Source: a bacterium (GTDB lineage: Bacteria; Patescibacteriota; Minisyncoccia; UBA6257; GWB1-50-10). Taken from it: a stretch of DNA of 64,000 bases. The notes under the pieces are model-generated. The model did no database searches. It was given only the letters and a program-made list of their open reading frames with translations, and had not been told where the DNA came from. The translations under genes and the position numbers were made by a program. This document shows positions 55,806 to 64,000 of this stretch, piece after piece. The DNA lies in the NCBI GenBank assembly GCA_002686365.1, contig NZBZ01000018.1, positions 32,286 through 96,285 on the forward strand, read 5' to 3'. Each line of letters starts with the position of its first letter. Within the stretch, counting starts at the first letter, position 1.

Positions 55806-57185
55806 CTACTTTTTCCTTTTTTTCTTTTTTACTGGCTTGGGCTTTGAGTTCTTCGAATTCAACTTCTTCGTTTTTGATTTTTTTATCTTTGTACCGTTTG
55901 TTGGCTTCTCTGTCTCAATTTTTATAGTCTGTTCAAGACGTCGAATGTCAGCCTGTAATTCTGATCTTGATTTGTTAAACAAAGTTACCTCTACCACTCC
56001 CCTGCCTCCATGCTTTGCAAATACGCATCGATCTCCAACTTTTTTATTTATCTTGCTTTCCATATAGGACTTCAGCTTTTCCATTTTCTGAATACCCTTC
56101 AGACTTGTTAGTGTTCCCTCCTCCTTTGCAAAGAATCGCACCATTGCTGCGTATCCTTTTGCTTTTTTCGAGAGTATTGGCTTTTTAGGACTGCGAATAA
56201 GAATATCGTTTAGTGTGTGGTCAAATCCAAATGCCAGTTCATAGAGACGGTGTCTGAATCCTCCTGCTCGCGGACCCAGTTCTATTACCTTCCATCCATC
56301 TTCTGTGCGCATTAGTTCAATGTGTACTGTGGTACTTCTAAGGCCTAGGGCGTGAACTGATTTTTCTGCTGCTTCTTCTGCTGCTTCTTGTGATGACTTC
56401 TTTAGCGTTGTTGGAGTTATTGTTTTGTATGCAAAGAAATCGTCAAATCCTACTGTTCGTCCAGTCTGCACGTATACTAACGGGCATAAATAGACTCTTC
56501 CTTTTGAAGAAACATAAGCATCAATTGAGTACATGTCTCCTTCCATGAACTGCTCAACCAGAACTTTTGGCTCTGCCTTTCTTTTATTATCTTTATATAT
56601 CTTCTGGATTTTTTTGAAAGATAATCGAAGGGTCTTTTCGAGTTCTTCTTTATGGAAACAAATAGTTACAAGAAGACTTGCTGCAAGATTTGCCGGCTTT
56701 AATACCAGAGGAAATCCTATTTTTTCCCTAATATCTTTTAGAGTCTCCGGCTTTGTATCTGTAACAACCTTAAATGTGGGTATGATTGACTTGTCATACG
56801 CCCTCATCTGCCGTCTCATCATCACCTTATCAGTTGCCCACTCAAGAGATTTTGCTGTTGGGGTTCGGAGATATGGAACGTGCGGAATAATTTTTATAAA
56901 CTCCTGAATCCCAATTTCTCCTCTGCATGTGATTGCGAGGAGTTCATCCTGGTACGGGCGGAGAGCTTCACTTATTTTTTCGTCTTGATCTAAATCGCAG
57001 ATGATTTCAATGTCTGGCTTCTTCTTGCTCTTCTCTGGTTTCTTTTCCTGCTTTCGCGCTCTGGAGCTCTTTATTACTGCAACATCGCACTTCTTTCCTG
57101 TTTCTTTCGCGTATTTACCAAGAGAACGATAGACATCCGGCAGTACCTGATTGATAAAAAGGATAATGTGTTTCTTTTTTCCCAT
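55806..57185 (-). CDS. ATP-grasp domain protein with K-rich C-terminal tail
   Basis: GFPLVLKPANLAAS.. and the downstream E..N motifs are typical of the ATP-grasp fold; specificity unknown. Confidence 0.5.
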   Translation of the reverse strand: MGKKKHIILFINQVLPDVYRSLGKYAKETGKKCDVAVIKSSRARKQEKKPEKSKKKPDIEIICDLDQDEKISEALRPYQDELLAITCRGEIGIQEFIKIIPHVPYLRTPTAKSLEWATDKVMMRRQMRAYDKSIIPTFKVVTDTKPETLKDIREKIGFPLVLKPANLAASLLVTICFHKEELEKTLRLSFKKIQKIYKDNKRKAEPKVLVEQFMEGDMYSIDAYVSSKGRVYLCPLVYVQTGRTVGFDDFFAYKTITPTTLKKSSQEAAEEAAEKSVHALGLRSTTVHIELMRTEDGWKVIELGPRAGGFRHRLYELAFGFDHTLNDILIRSPKKPILSKKAKGYAAMVRFFAKEEGTLTSLKGIQKMEKLKSYMESKINKKVGDRCVFAKHGGRGVVEVTLFNKSRSELQADIRRLEQTIKIETEKPTNGTKIKKSKTKKLNSKNSKPKPVKKKKRKK

Positions 57186-57315
57186 AATACTCCCTTTTCT
57201 TTTTTAACGTGTGAAGTATAGATGCGGGGTGTGAAAAGTCAATAGAAAAGTCAATGCACCCCTTCTATTTGCTTTGGGCGCTTTTATCTTTCAGTAATTT
57301 TCTATTATATCATTA

Positions 57316-58053
57316 TTATTCTGTAAATAGAGTTCCCACAATAAATACTATTGCAATGCCTGCGATAATAGTAAGGATATGCTCAAATCCGTTTCCTTTT
57401 TCTTTATGCCGTACTTCTGGGATAAGGTCAGAAGCAGAGATATATATGAAGGCGCCGGCAGTAAATGCCAAGATAAGGCCTATCCATGGCTCAATATAAG
57501 AAAGAAGAAAGTATCCGGCAAGAGCTCCTACAGGTGTTGTAAGCGCTGTTAATAGGTTATATAAGAATACTTTTCCTTTTGCGTATCCGCTGTGCAGGAG
57601 AACTCCGAAATCCCCTATCTCCTGCGGGACCTCGTGAAAGAAGACAGCAATGGTTGTTGCAATACCCACTGGTACGCTTACTGAAAATGCTACTGCTATT
57701 ACAATGCCGTCTAGAAGATTATGAATTCCGTCTCCAATAAGGACAGTGCCTGATAATATGTGCGCCTCACACTCTTCCTGGTCATGACAGTGATGCCATC
57801 TTAAAAACTTCTCAACAAGGAAGAGAACAAGTATTCCTACTACTGCTGCTATGAATGCCTGGTTCTGCGGCGCTTTTTCTATTGCCCCTGGAAGAAGGTC
57901 AAAAAAGGCAGCACCCAGTAGTGCGCCTGCGGCAAAGCTCACTAGGAAAAGAGATATCTTCCTAATCCAAGTTTCTTTGTAGAGCAAAATTACACCTCCA
58001 ATAAGGGCCGCGACACTTCCAATAAGACTTGCGATTATTATCTGCAGAAGCAT
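57316..58053 (-). CDS. ZIP family metal transporter (ZupT-like)
   Basis: HEVPQEIGDFGVLL and HH..H motifs; 8 TM segments. Confidence 0.8.
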   Translation of the reverse strand: MLLQIIIASLIGSVAALIGGVILLYKETWIRKISLFLVSFAAGALLGAAFFDLLPGAIEKAPQNQAFIAAVVGILVLFLVEKFLRWHHCHDQEECEAHILSGTVLIGDGIHNLLDGIVIAVAFSVSVPVGIATTIAVFFHEVPQEIGDFGVLLHSGYAKGKVFLYNLLTALTTPVGALAGYFLLSYIEPWIGLILAFTAGAFIYISASDLIPEVRHKEKGNGFEHILTIIAGIAIVFIVGTLFTE

Positions 58054-58153
58054 GGCTTTATCTTATCACTGTTTCTTTTTTAGGCAACTTTTTAGCAATA
58101 AAAAAGACGGTTGAACGACTCTTCCGTCTTTTGCGCATTGGCGAGGTTCGGCG

Positions 58154-59182
58154 TTAGACAATCTCTACGCCGCGTTCCCCCTGGACGATCTCTCCTATAA
58201 CTATGGGTGTTTCATTATGTATTTGGAGCAGTTCGAGGGCTTGGTCCTGGTCTTCTCTTTCTATGGCCAGCACCATGCCGATTCCCATGTTGAAGACGCG
58301 GAACATTTCCCTATCCTCAACGCCTCCCGCCTTCTGGATGTGCGCGAAGATAGGAAGTGCGTCCCAGGTTTCTCTGCGGATCACGGCACGGCATGCCTCA
58401 GGCAGGATGCGTCGGATGTTGTCCGGAAGTCCTCCGCCTGTGATGTGGGCGATTCCCCGTATCACGACCTTCCCCTGAAGCATCTGAATGGCTTTCAAGT
58501 AAGATCTGTGAGGCTTGGAGAGTTCTTCGCCCACTGAAATTCCTAGACCAGGAATTTCACTTCCCACAGACAGGCCCTCTATCTCGAAGATTACCTTCCG
58601 TGCTAGGGAGTAGCCGTTCGTGTGGATACCGACTGATGGGAAGCCAATGACGACGTTGCCTGGTTGTATGCCTTCCCCTGTGATGAGGCAAGAGCGTCCC
58701 ACCATACCTATCATGCAGCCAACGAGGTCGTATGCGTCCCCTTGGTATGTATCGGGCATCTGGGCAGTTTCGCCGCCTATGATTGGAATCGTTAAGCATC
58801 CAATCTCTCTACACGTATCCGCCATTCCTCTTGTCAGGCCCTCGGCCATCTCGACGGATAGCGTTCCTGACCCCACGTAGTCTAAGAAGAAGAGCGGGCT
58901 TGCCCCTTGGCAGATGGTGTCGTTTCCACAGTGCCTAACGATGTCTCCTCCGACAGTGTGATGTGGGGCTACTTTCGCTTTCGTTCCTACCCCATCAATG
59001 GTCGCGGTAAGTACCTGATCTGGAAATTGCTCAGGAACGAAGAGCGCTGCGAATGTTCCGGTCTTACTCACTACCCCGGGTCCGTAGGTTGACTCTAGGA
59101 GAGGTCTCATTCTTTCAAGCGCCACATCTGCTTCCCCTATGTCAACTCCGGCGTCAGCGTACGTCAGCGGATCCCTTCTCAT
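58154..59182 (-). CDS. purM: Phosphoribosylformylglycinamidine cyclo-ligase (AIR synthetase); GC-rich
   Basis: LTYADAGVDI..., the GG.TAQMP motif and ~340 aa in length. The start was set to MRRDPLTY, which has GGAAGGA upstream. Confidence 0.8.
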   Translation of the reverse strand: MRRDPLTYADAGVDIGEADVALERMRPLLESTYGPGVVSKTGTFAALFVPEQFPDQVLTATIDGVGTKAKVAPHHTVGGDIVRHCGNDTICQGASPLFFLDYVGSGTLSVEMAEGLTRGMADTCREIGCLTIPIIGGETAQMPDTYQGDAYDLVGCMIGMVGRSCLITGEGIQPGNVVIGFPSVGIHTNGYSLARKVIFEIEGLSVGSEIPGLGISVGEELSKPHRSYLKAIQMLQGKVVIRGIAHITGGGLPDNIRRILPEACRAVIRRETWDALPIFAHIQKAGGVEDREMFRVFNMGIGMVLAIEREDQDQALELLQIHNETPIVIGEIVQGERGVEIV

Positions 59183-59299
59183 TTCTCGTCCTTCCGAGTT
59201 CACTTCCCCAGATTGGCCTGGAGATCTATCGCAACTATACTTGTCCTTTTTCCTTTTTTCAACTTTTTGTATTTTGTGTGGATAACTTTTGAGTTATGG

Positions 59300-59625
59300 A
59301 AAGATTTTCGTGGTATTCTGAATATAGATATGTTCTTTATCCGCTAGCCCCGACGACACACGGCGGAGGCGTGTATGATTGGACCTGCTTGCGCTGCTCG
59401 GCAACCTCGTTCCTCGACTCGACAGGACCCAGGAAGGAGGGCGTCTTCCAACTCGTCTTGCTGCTCTTCTCTTCCCAATAACCGTCGCCTCTGCAATGAC
59501 TTGCGGCGCAGAGCGCCCAAGTTCCCTCCTTCTCGATAGTCCCATACAGAAGGGAGGTGGTCCAATCTTTTCGGGCGGCGTGTACGAAAGGGGCAGGCTC
59601 ACGTCTGCCTCGCTTTTTCCTTCAC
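59300..59625 (+). ncRNA. GC-rich ~320 nt non-coding segment ending in a strong + strand terminator (ggcaggc-tcacgt-ctgcc + tcgcttttt); candidate structured RNA or decayed gene
   Basis: It has no convincing ORF, only overlapping short frames on both strands. It contains a GACAGGACCCAGGAAGGAGGGCG tract and ends in a terminator. Confidence 0.25.
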
Positions 59626-59751
59626 TTGATTTTATTTTTAATAGAGCTATACTTTTCTAACGTAAAAGTAGATTCGTAATCAAAATTGGTTTTTAGGCCG
59701 TTTTGCTTCGGGTCGAATAAAAGGTCAATTTAGTTTAGTTCACAAAGCAAA

Positions 59752-60084
59752 ATGGCAGATGAAGATACAGGCGGCGGATTCCAAAGGCAGATGTACCAAG
59801 GTAACTGGACCTGCTCTGGATGTGGAAACGCCATCACTGAACTTCCTTTTGAGCCGGATCCATCTCGTGCTGACAGCTTGCTCTGTCGAGAATGTCACCA
59901 ACAAAAGCGTGATTCTCGAGGAGGGGGCGGCGGAGGCGGAGGATTTGGACGAAAGATGTTTCAGGGAAATTGGAAGTGCTCAGGTTGTGGAGGCGATATT
60001 ACAGAGCTTCCATTTGAACCTGATCCATCCCGGCTTGAGAACTTGAAGTGTAGAGATTGCTTCAAGAAAGAGAAGGGATACTAG
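59752..60084 (+). CDS. Tandem-duplicated CxxC-x17-CxxC zinc-ribbon protein with a poly-Gly linker
   Basis: Two ~40-aa repeats MYQGNWTCSGCGNAITELPFEPDPSR..LCRECHQ / MFQGNWKCSGCGGDITELPFEPDPSR..LKCRDCF. Confidence 0.6.
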   Translation: MADEDTGGGFQRQMYQGNWTCSGCGNAITELPFEPDPSRADSLLCRECHQQKRDSRGGGGGGGGFGRKMFQGNWKCSGCGGDITELPFEPDPSRLENLKCRDCFKKEKGY

Positions 60085-60103
60085 ATTCACAATCTATGAA
60101 AAC

Positions 60104-60133
60104 ACCCCCGCTAAGGCGGGGGCGTTTTTTAAT
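60104..60133 (+). terminator. Intrinsic terminator (cccccgc-taag-gcggggg + T6)
   Basis: Read directly. Confidence 0.75.
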
Positions 60134-60145
60134 ATAAATTACTTA

Positions 60146-60700
60146 TCATTCACTAGGCATACTTTCTTGTTTTGATAGCCCAGCAAAAGACGAGAGCGCG
60201 ATAAAGAGTAGGATAGAGAAGGACATCATGGGAATTGTAATATAACCATACTGCAGAGTGAACTGCTTTGTGCATGATGCGGCAGATCCTTCTGCCGAGC
60301 ATGGAAGAAGACTAGTGTGGGAGATTTGTCCGTAGTATTGGAAAAGAGCAATTGCGCCTCCAATTATAGAAAGTGTAATCACATATGGAATTATGCCTCT
60401 ATCTCGTTTTATGAGAGCCACTAGGAAGAGGATAACTTGCGGATATATAAGAATCCTTTGATACCAGCAGAGGACGCATGGTTCGTACCCGGCAAATTCT
60501 GAATAGAAAAGACTTCCCAGAGTTGCTCCCAGAGAAACGAGAAATCCGATCCAAAGCGCGTTTTTCCCTATCGTATCTTTATATGCGCCTAACATTCTCC
60601 CCTTTGAAATGAGCGAGACAATTAGTCCCAGCGACGCGAGTTGGACAAGGATGGTAAGCGCTCCTAGTAAAGAGTCTGCACTTGAGACAAGTGAATTCAT
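60146..60700 (-). CDS. Vitamin K epoxide reductase (VKOR) family protein
   Basis: CVLCWYQR CxxC in a TM helix plus loop cysteines (PCSAEGSAASC). Confidence 0.75.
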   Translation of the reverse strand: MNSLVSSADSLLGALTILVQLASLGLIVSLISKGRMLGAYKDTIGKNALWIGFLVSLGATLGSLFYSEFAGYEPCVLCWYQRILIYPQVILFLVALIKRDRGIIPYVITLSIIGGAIALFQYYGQISHTSLLPCSAEGSAASCTKQFTLQYGYITIPMMSFSILLFIALSSFAGLSKQESMPSE

Positions 60701-61101
60701 AGGTTTTCTGATTGCGTGTACTTCTCCGGCAGTTCACAGCCGGTTTTTTCTGCGAGAAATCGAACATCCTGAACTCCTGTTACACGCTCTCCATCTGAAA
60801 ACTCCCATGTTGGATAGGCCTCTATGTCCGCCTCATTACACTCGGCAGCCTGCTGATTCTGAGCTCCACGAACACCGCATTCCACATATTCCAGATGTTT
60901 TTTTGAATTGCCGAACATCTGATTTTGATTTTGACAGTTAGGGCACCAGTATGCTCCGTAATAAGTTACATCCTCATCTTTCAAACACTGTGCAAACGCG
61001 TCAAGTTTTCCTGGAAGAAATCGCTGGCCGACAAGGAGCCCTACGATAACAAGAAAAGCAATAATAAGAAGTCCTGGGGTACTAAAGATTTTTCTTTTCA
61101 T
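60697..61101 (-). CDS. Secreted thioredoxin-fold protein (CPNC), probable VKOR partner
   Basis: YGAYWCPNCQ and ..YPTWEF..; translationally coupled to VKOR through a 4-nt overlap. Confidence 0.65.
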   Translation of the reverse strand: MKRKIFSTPGLLIIAFLVIVGLLVGQRFLPGKLDAFAQCLKDEDVTYYGAYWCPNCQNQNQMFGNSKKHLEYVECGVRGAQNQQAAECNEADIEAYPTWEFSDGERVTGVQDVRFLAEKTGCELPEKYTQSENL

Positions 61102-61102
61102 A

Positions 61103-61894
61103 TTAGATGAACGCGGCCCCTATCATGATGAGACCGAATATTAATATAAAATATCCTAAATTTACTTTTCGCGCGAGTGTTAAAAGTATATGTATTGTAA
61201 CTATTCCAAAAAGAAATGAAAAGAGGAGTCCAACGAAAAGCTCCAGTGACCATACAAAACTTTTTATATTCAAAATAATGTTTCCCGCAAGAACAATCGG
61301 CAGAGACATGAGAAAGCTTAAGCGGAGAGCGTCTGTGTCGTTTATTTTTCTAAGAAGGAGAGCTCCAATGGTAAGTCCTGATCTGGAGAGTCCGGGGAGC
61401 ACTGCAATGCCTTGGGCAATACCTAGCGCTATACTGTCTTTCCAGTTTATTTCTTCTACCTTCCTGTGAGCCTCCTCTTTTCTTTTTATCTGCAAAGCTG
61501 CTGTTCCAATAAGGAGGAGTCCTATTGCTCCGGTTATGACTTTTCCAGAAAGCTCTATCTGTTCTCCCAGCTGTATTAAAAGTTTCAAGAGCCCAAATCC
61601 AAGAATTCCGCTTATGATGGTGGATATGACGAGGAATTTTAATGTTACTCTATCTTTTTCCTCTGCGCTCTTATATGAGAAGAACGTTTTTATAAGAGTA
61701 ATAACATCTTTTCTTAGATAGATGAGTGCTGCGAGAAAGGTTCCAAGATGCAGAAAGAGCGCGAGTTCTATGATGTCTTCTATTCCGGTCTTCTTAAATA
61801 TATTTATCTCTGCAAGCGCAATAAGCCCCTCCGAACTTACGGGGAGCCACTCTGCAATACCTTGGATTGCTCCGAGTACTACTTCTTCAATCAT
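61103..61894 (-). CDS. uppP: Undecaprenyl-diphosphate phosphatase
   Basis: AIQGIAEWLPVSSEG and the GLSRSG motif are present. Confidence 0.85.
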   Translation of the reverse strand: MIEEVVLGAIQGIAEWLPVSSEGLIALAEINIFKKTGIEDIIELALFLHLGTFLAALIYLRKDVITLIKTFFSYKSAEEKDRVTLKFLVISTIISGILGFGLLKLLIQLGEQIELSGKVITGAIGLLLIGTAALQIKRKEEAHRKVEEINWKDSIALGIAQGIAVLPGLSRSGLTIGALLLRKINDTDALRLSFLMSLPIVLAGNIILNIKSFVWSLELFVGLLFSFLFGIVTIHILLTLARKVNLGYFILIFGLIMIGAAFI

Positions 61895-63213
61895 AGAAGC
61901 GCATTTTGCGGAGTTAGCTCTTCCCGTTCTTTTTCATTAAAGATTTTGATTGTGCCGAATTCTCCATCATAGCCTGCGGCAATATGAATCTTCCCTTTTC
62001 GCATTCTATCTACTGCTTCTTTCACCATTGGTCCAACTGATTTTTCTATTTCTTCTAAAGGAACGTCAAGAAGAATTGAAAATTCATCTCCAAGATCTTC
62101 TAGCATTTTCATATAGATTCCCTCCACCTTCTTACTTCCTGCTCCTACATTTTCTACCTCTGAAATAACTTCTGGTAAGGGGACGATGCTTTTGAAGGGA
62201 CGTACTTCTTCAGGCTTCTGTCCTTCTTCTCGATTTGCTATGTCCTCTACCCTATGCATGACACCTACAGTTACTCGGCGGCTGCACTTTGTACATAGAA
62301 AGTCATTCTTCTTTGTATCTTTTGGCTCCATGCGGGTTTCACAATTTCTGTGTCCGTCTAAATGATACTTTCCTTCCTCTGGGTAGAATTCAATGGTCGA
62401 CTCAAATGCCTTAGTGTCGTTTTCTTTGAGCGCGCGGGTTATTGCCGCATATGAAAGATCCGTATTAAAAACATTTGCCTCTCTTCCCAGCTTGCCTGGT
62501 GAGTGTGCGTCTGAATTTGAAATTATGGCGCGGCCATCGAGCTCTTTAATTCTCCAGTTCATTGAAGGATCACTTGATAGTCCTGTTTCTACCGCATATA
62601 TCTGCGGAGTAAGTTCTTCAAAGCATTCTTCAAGCGTGTCAAAGCCGGATTGGGAGCCAAACACGGAAAAGTGCGGAGTCCAAATATGCGCGGGTATGAA
62701 CATGCACTCTTCGGACACGCCTAATACTATCTTCATGAGCTCTTTTGTATCCAGTCCTAAAATTGGCCGACCATCAGACTTAATATTCCCGATAATTCCA
62801 AGCTCTGCATTTATTTTCTCTACAACTTCTAAAGACGGAGCAAGAACCAGGCTGTGAACCTTACGAGTCTTGTCGTTTTTCTTGTAGATTGTGCTTATTT
62901 CAGAAGTTAAGATAAAGCGAATTGGAGCTTTACACTTTTCTGGTACATCCTTCTGAATATCTTTTTCGAGTTCTGGCTTTAGTTTATACAAACCCGGCTC
63001 TGCAGGCTCAAGCCTTTCCTGAAGTTCCTTAAACCACTCTGGGTGCGTAAAATCCCCTGTTCCTACTACTTGTATGCCTTTTAACTGAGACCACTTAGTT
63101 AAGGAGATGATGTTCATCTCTTTTGACGTGGCCCTTGAGTACTTAGAATGTATATGGAAATCTGCGATGTATTTCATAAAGGTATGATAGCATGATTCGA
63201 CTTTACTAAACAA
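61891..63213 (-). CDS. PHP-domain protein with C-terminal zinc-binding region, EndoQ-like (TIGR00375 family)
   Basis: N-terminal ADFHIHSKYSRATS (PHP His cluster) and a C-terminal NCETR...CTKCSRR; ~440 aa. Confidence 0.45.
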   Translation of the reverse strand: MFSKVESCYHTFMKYIADFHIHSKYSRATSKEMNIISLTKWSQLKGIQVVGTGDFTHPEWFKELQERLEPAEPGLYKLKPELEKDIQKDVPEKCKAPIRFILTSEISTIYKKNDKTRKVHSLVLAPSLEVVEKINAELGIIGNIKSDGRPILGLDTKELMKIVLGVSEECMFIPAHIWTPHFSVFGSQSGFDTLEECFEELTPQIYAVETGLSSDPSMNWRIKELDGRAIISNSDAHSPGKLGREANVFNTDLSYAAITRALKENDTKAFESTIEFYPEEGKYHLDGHRNCETRMEPKDTKKNDFLCTKCSRRVTVGVMHRVEDIANREEGQKPEEVRPFKSIVPLPEVISEVENVGAGSKKVEGIYMKMLEDLGDEFSILLDVPLEEIEKSVGPMVKEAVDRMRKGKIHIAAGYDGEFGTIKIFNEKEREELTPQNALL

Positions 63214-63253
63214 AAAGACCCGCGGACTTGTCCGAAGGCCTTTTTAATAACTA

Positions 63254-63590
63254 ATATATTTTCTATTGGAATAACTTTTTAATTCCTCCTGCTATTGCAG
63301 AGAATAGGTCGGTAAAGTTGGCAAAAAGTTTTCCTACTCCTTGCGGCTCTCCAAAAGCCAAAGATGGGTTGCTATATCTTTGCAAAACCTCAGAAGAATC
63401 CATAGAGCGATTGTAGATCTTAAGATTATCTATGTCAGTGTCAATTGCTGAATCTCCAATTATTATATCAACTGTTGGTATTTTTGCTGATCCAGCATAA
63501 TCAGTGCGTACAGTTGTATCAAGCGCATGGAAAAGAGTTCCATCAAGATAGTATGAGGCTCCTGTTGCATATTTGCTCTCCAGGAGAACC
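63254..63590 (-). pseudogene. 5'-truncated gene fragment encoding the C-terminal part of a LamG/concanavalin-A-like domain (..IDNLKIYNRSMDSSEV..); the open frame begins right at the AT/GC composition break ~63590 and has no start codon
   Basis: A frame of ~110 codons is open from the TAG at ~63590 to the stop at 63254. It contains the LamG-type IxxxRIYNRALS motif, and the sequence upstream of 63590 is GC-rich and unrelated. Confidence 0.45.
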
Positions 63591-63616
63591 TAGGGAGGGA
63601 CGAGAATGGTCGAGCG

Positions 63617-64000
63617 TGTGCTCCTTCTTATTGGATGGTTCGTAGTGATCAGTACGGTCGGTTACATGCTGATCGCGCTTGACAAACTTCGGGTCCAATA
63701 CAACAACGGGGGGCAGAGAATTCCTCATGCTCGTTTTAACCGGCTAGCTCTTTTGGGGGCTTGGCCGGGTATCCTTGTGGCGATGCACATATATCACCAC
63801 AAGACTAGAAGAAGTGGATTCCAGGCGGGGCTCGCGACATCTGTCATCGCGAATCTCTGTTTCGTTCTCGCGCTCCTTGTTAGTCCCCTTTTCGACTTCA
63901 GGATGCCCAGCGCACTGATGTTCGAGATAGACCTTGGCGGGACTTTCCCCGGAGCCGCATGGAGGTTGACTCCTTTAGGTGTTCTGGTGATTTTAGGGAT
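63617..64000 (+). CDS. DUF1294 family membrane protein, 3'-partial (runs off the window); GC-rich
   Basis: GGAGGG lies 6 nt upstream of the ATG. The motif NRLALLGAWPGILVAMHIYHHKTRRSGF matches the DUF1294 pattern (L..LA..GGWPGA..A...FRHKT.K..F). Confidence 0.55.

Noticed and set aside
59300-59625. Identification of the GC-rich non-coding segment as SRP RNA, tmRNA or RNase P RNA
   Set aside because: There is only a loose resemblance to the SRP domain-IV motif (AGGACCCAGGAAGGAGGGCG). The tmRNA 5'/3' ends, tag reading frame and RNase P P4 consensus are all absent. It is kept only as an unclassified ncRNA candidate.

Overview
The window is a 64 kb stretch of an AT-rich bacterial chromosome, roughly 35-40% GC by eye. 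Most genes lie on the minus strand. The gene content resembles a reduced-genome CPR/Patescibacteria-like organism, but the window does contain an ECF sigma factor, CTP synthase, enolase, PEP synthase, MetK and FolC.

Recognisable content includes:
- pepA, rdgB, folC, pyrG, metK, eno, ppsA, nrdJ, cobO, purM, uppP and an ECF sigma/anti-sigma pair
- two thioredoxin/VKOR/CcdA oxidative-folding modules
- IDI plus a lycopene-cyclase-domain protein
- a ZIP transporter and an MbfA-like iron exporter

Two riboswitches can be read directly from the sequence. One is a SAM-I riboswitch upstream of metK. The other is a cobalamin riboswitch upstream of an apparent B12 scavenging/utilisation operon. That operon holds a transcobalamin-like alpha-toroid+DUF4430 protein, a DUF4430 protein, a putative ECF S-component, the class II RNR NrdJ and CobO.

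Three further things stand out:
1. A family of ~105 bp elements with 13-14 bp terminal inverted repeats sits precisely at ATGA stop/start junctions between co-directional genes, in at least 5 full copies and 1 mini copy.
2. A fine-scale mosaic of GC-rich islands (~50-58% GC by eye) is scattered through the window. The islands carry their own conserved promoter (TTGACT/TTGGTT-N17-TATAAAA preceded by a G-run) and hairpin motifs. They encode a 904-aa DnaG-like primase with a novel ~500-aa N-terminus, an HD-domain protein with three tandem paralogous small-membrane-protein/terminator units, Zn-ribbon proteins, PurM and a DUF1294 protein. At least one native gene is truncated at an island edge, and one gene has a duplicated GC-rich 3' tail.
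3. Iteron-like CACGAAT(AT) arrays are shared between three promoter/leader regions.

No rRNA, tRNA or CRISPR array was recognised. All GC statements are by-eye estimates and need computing.
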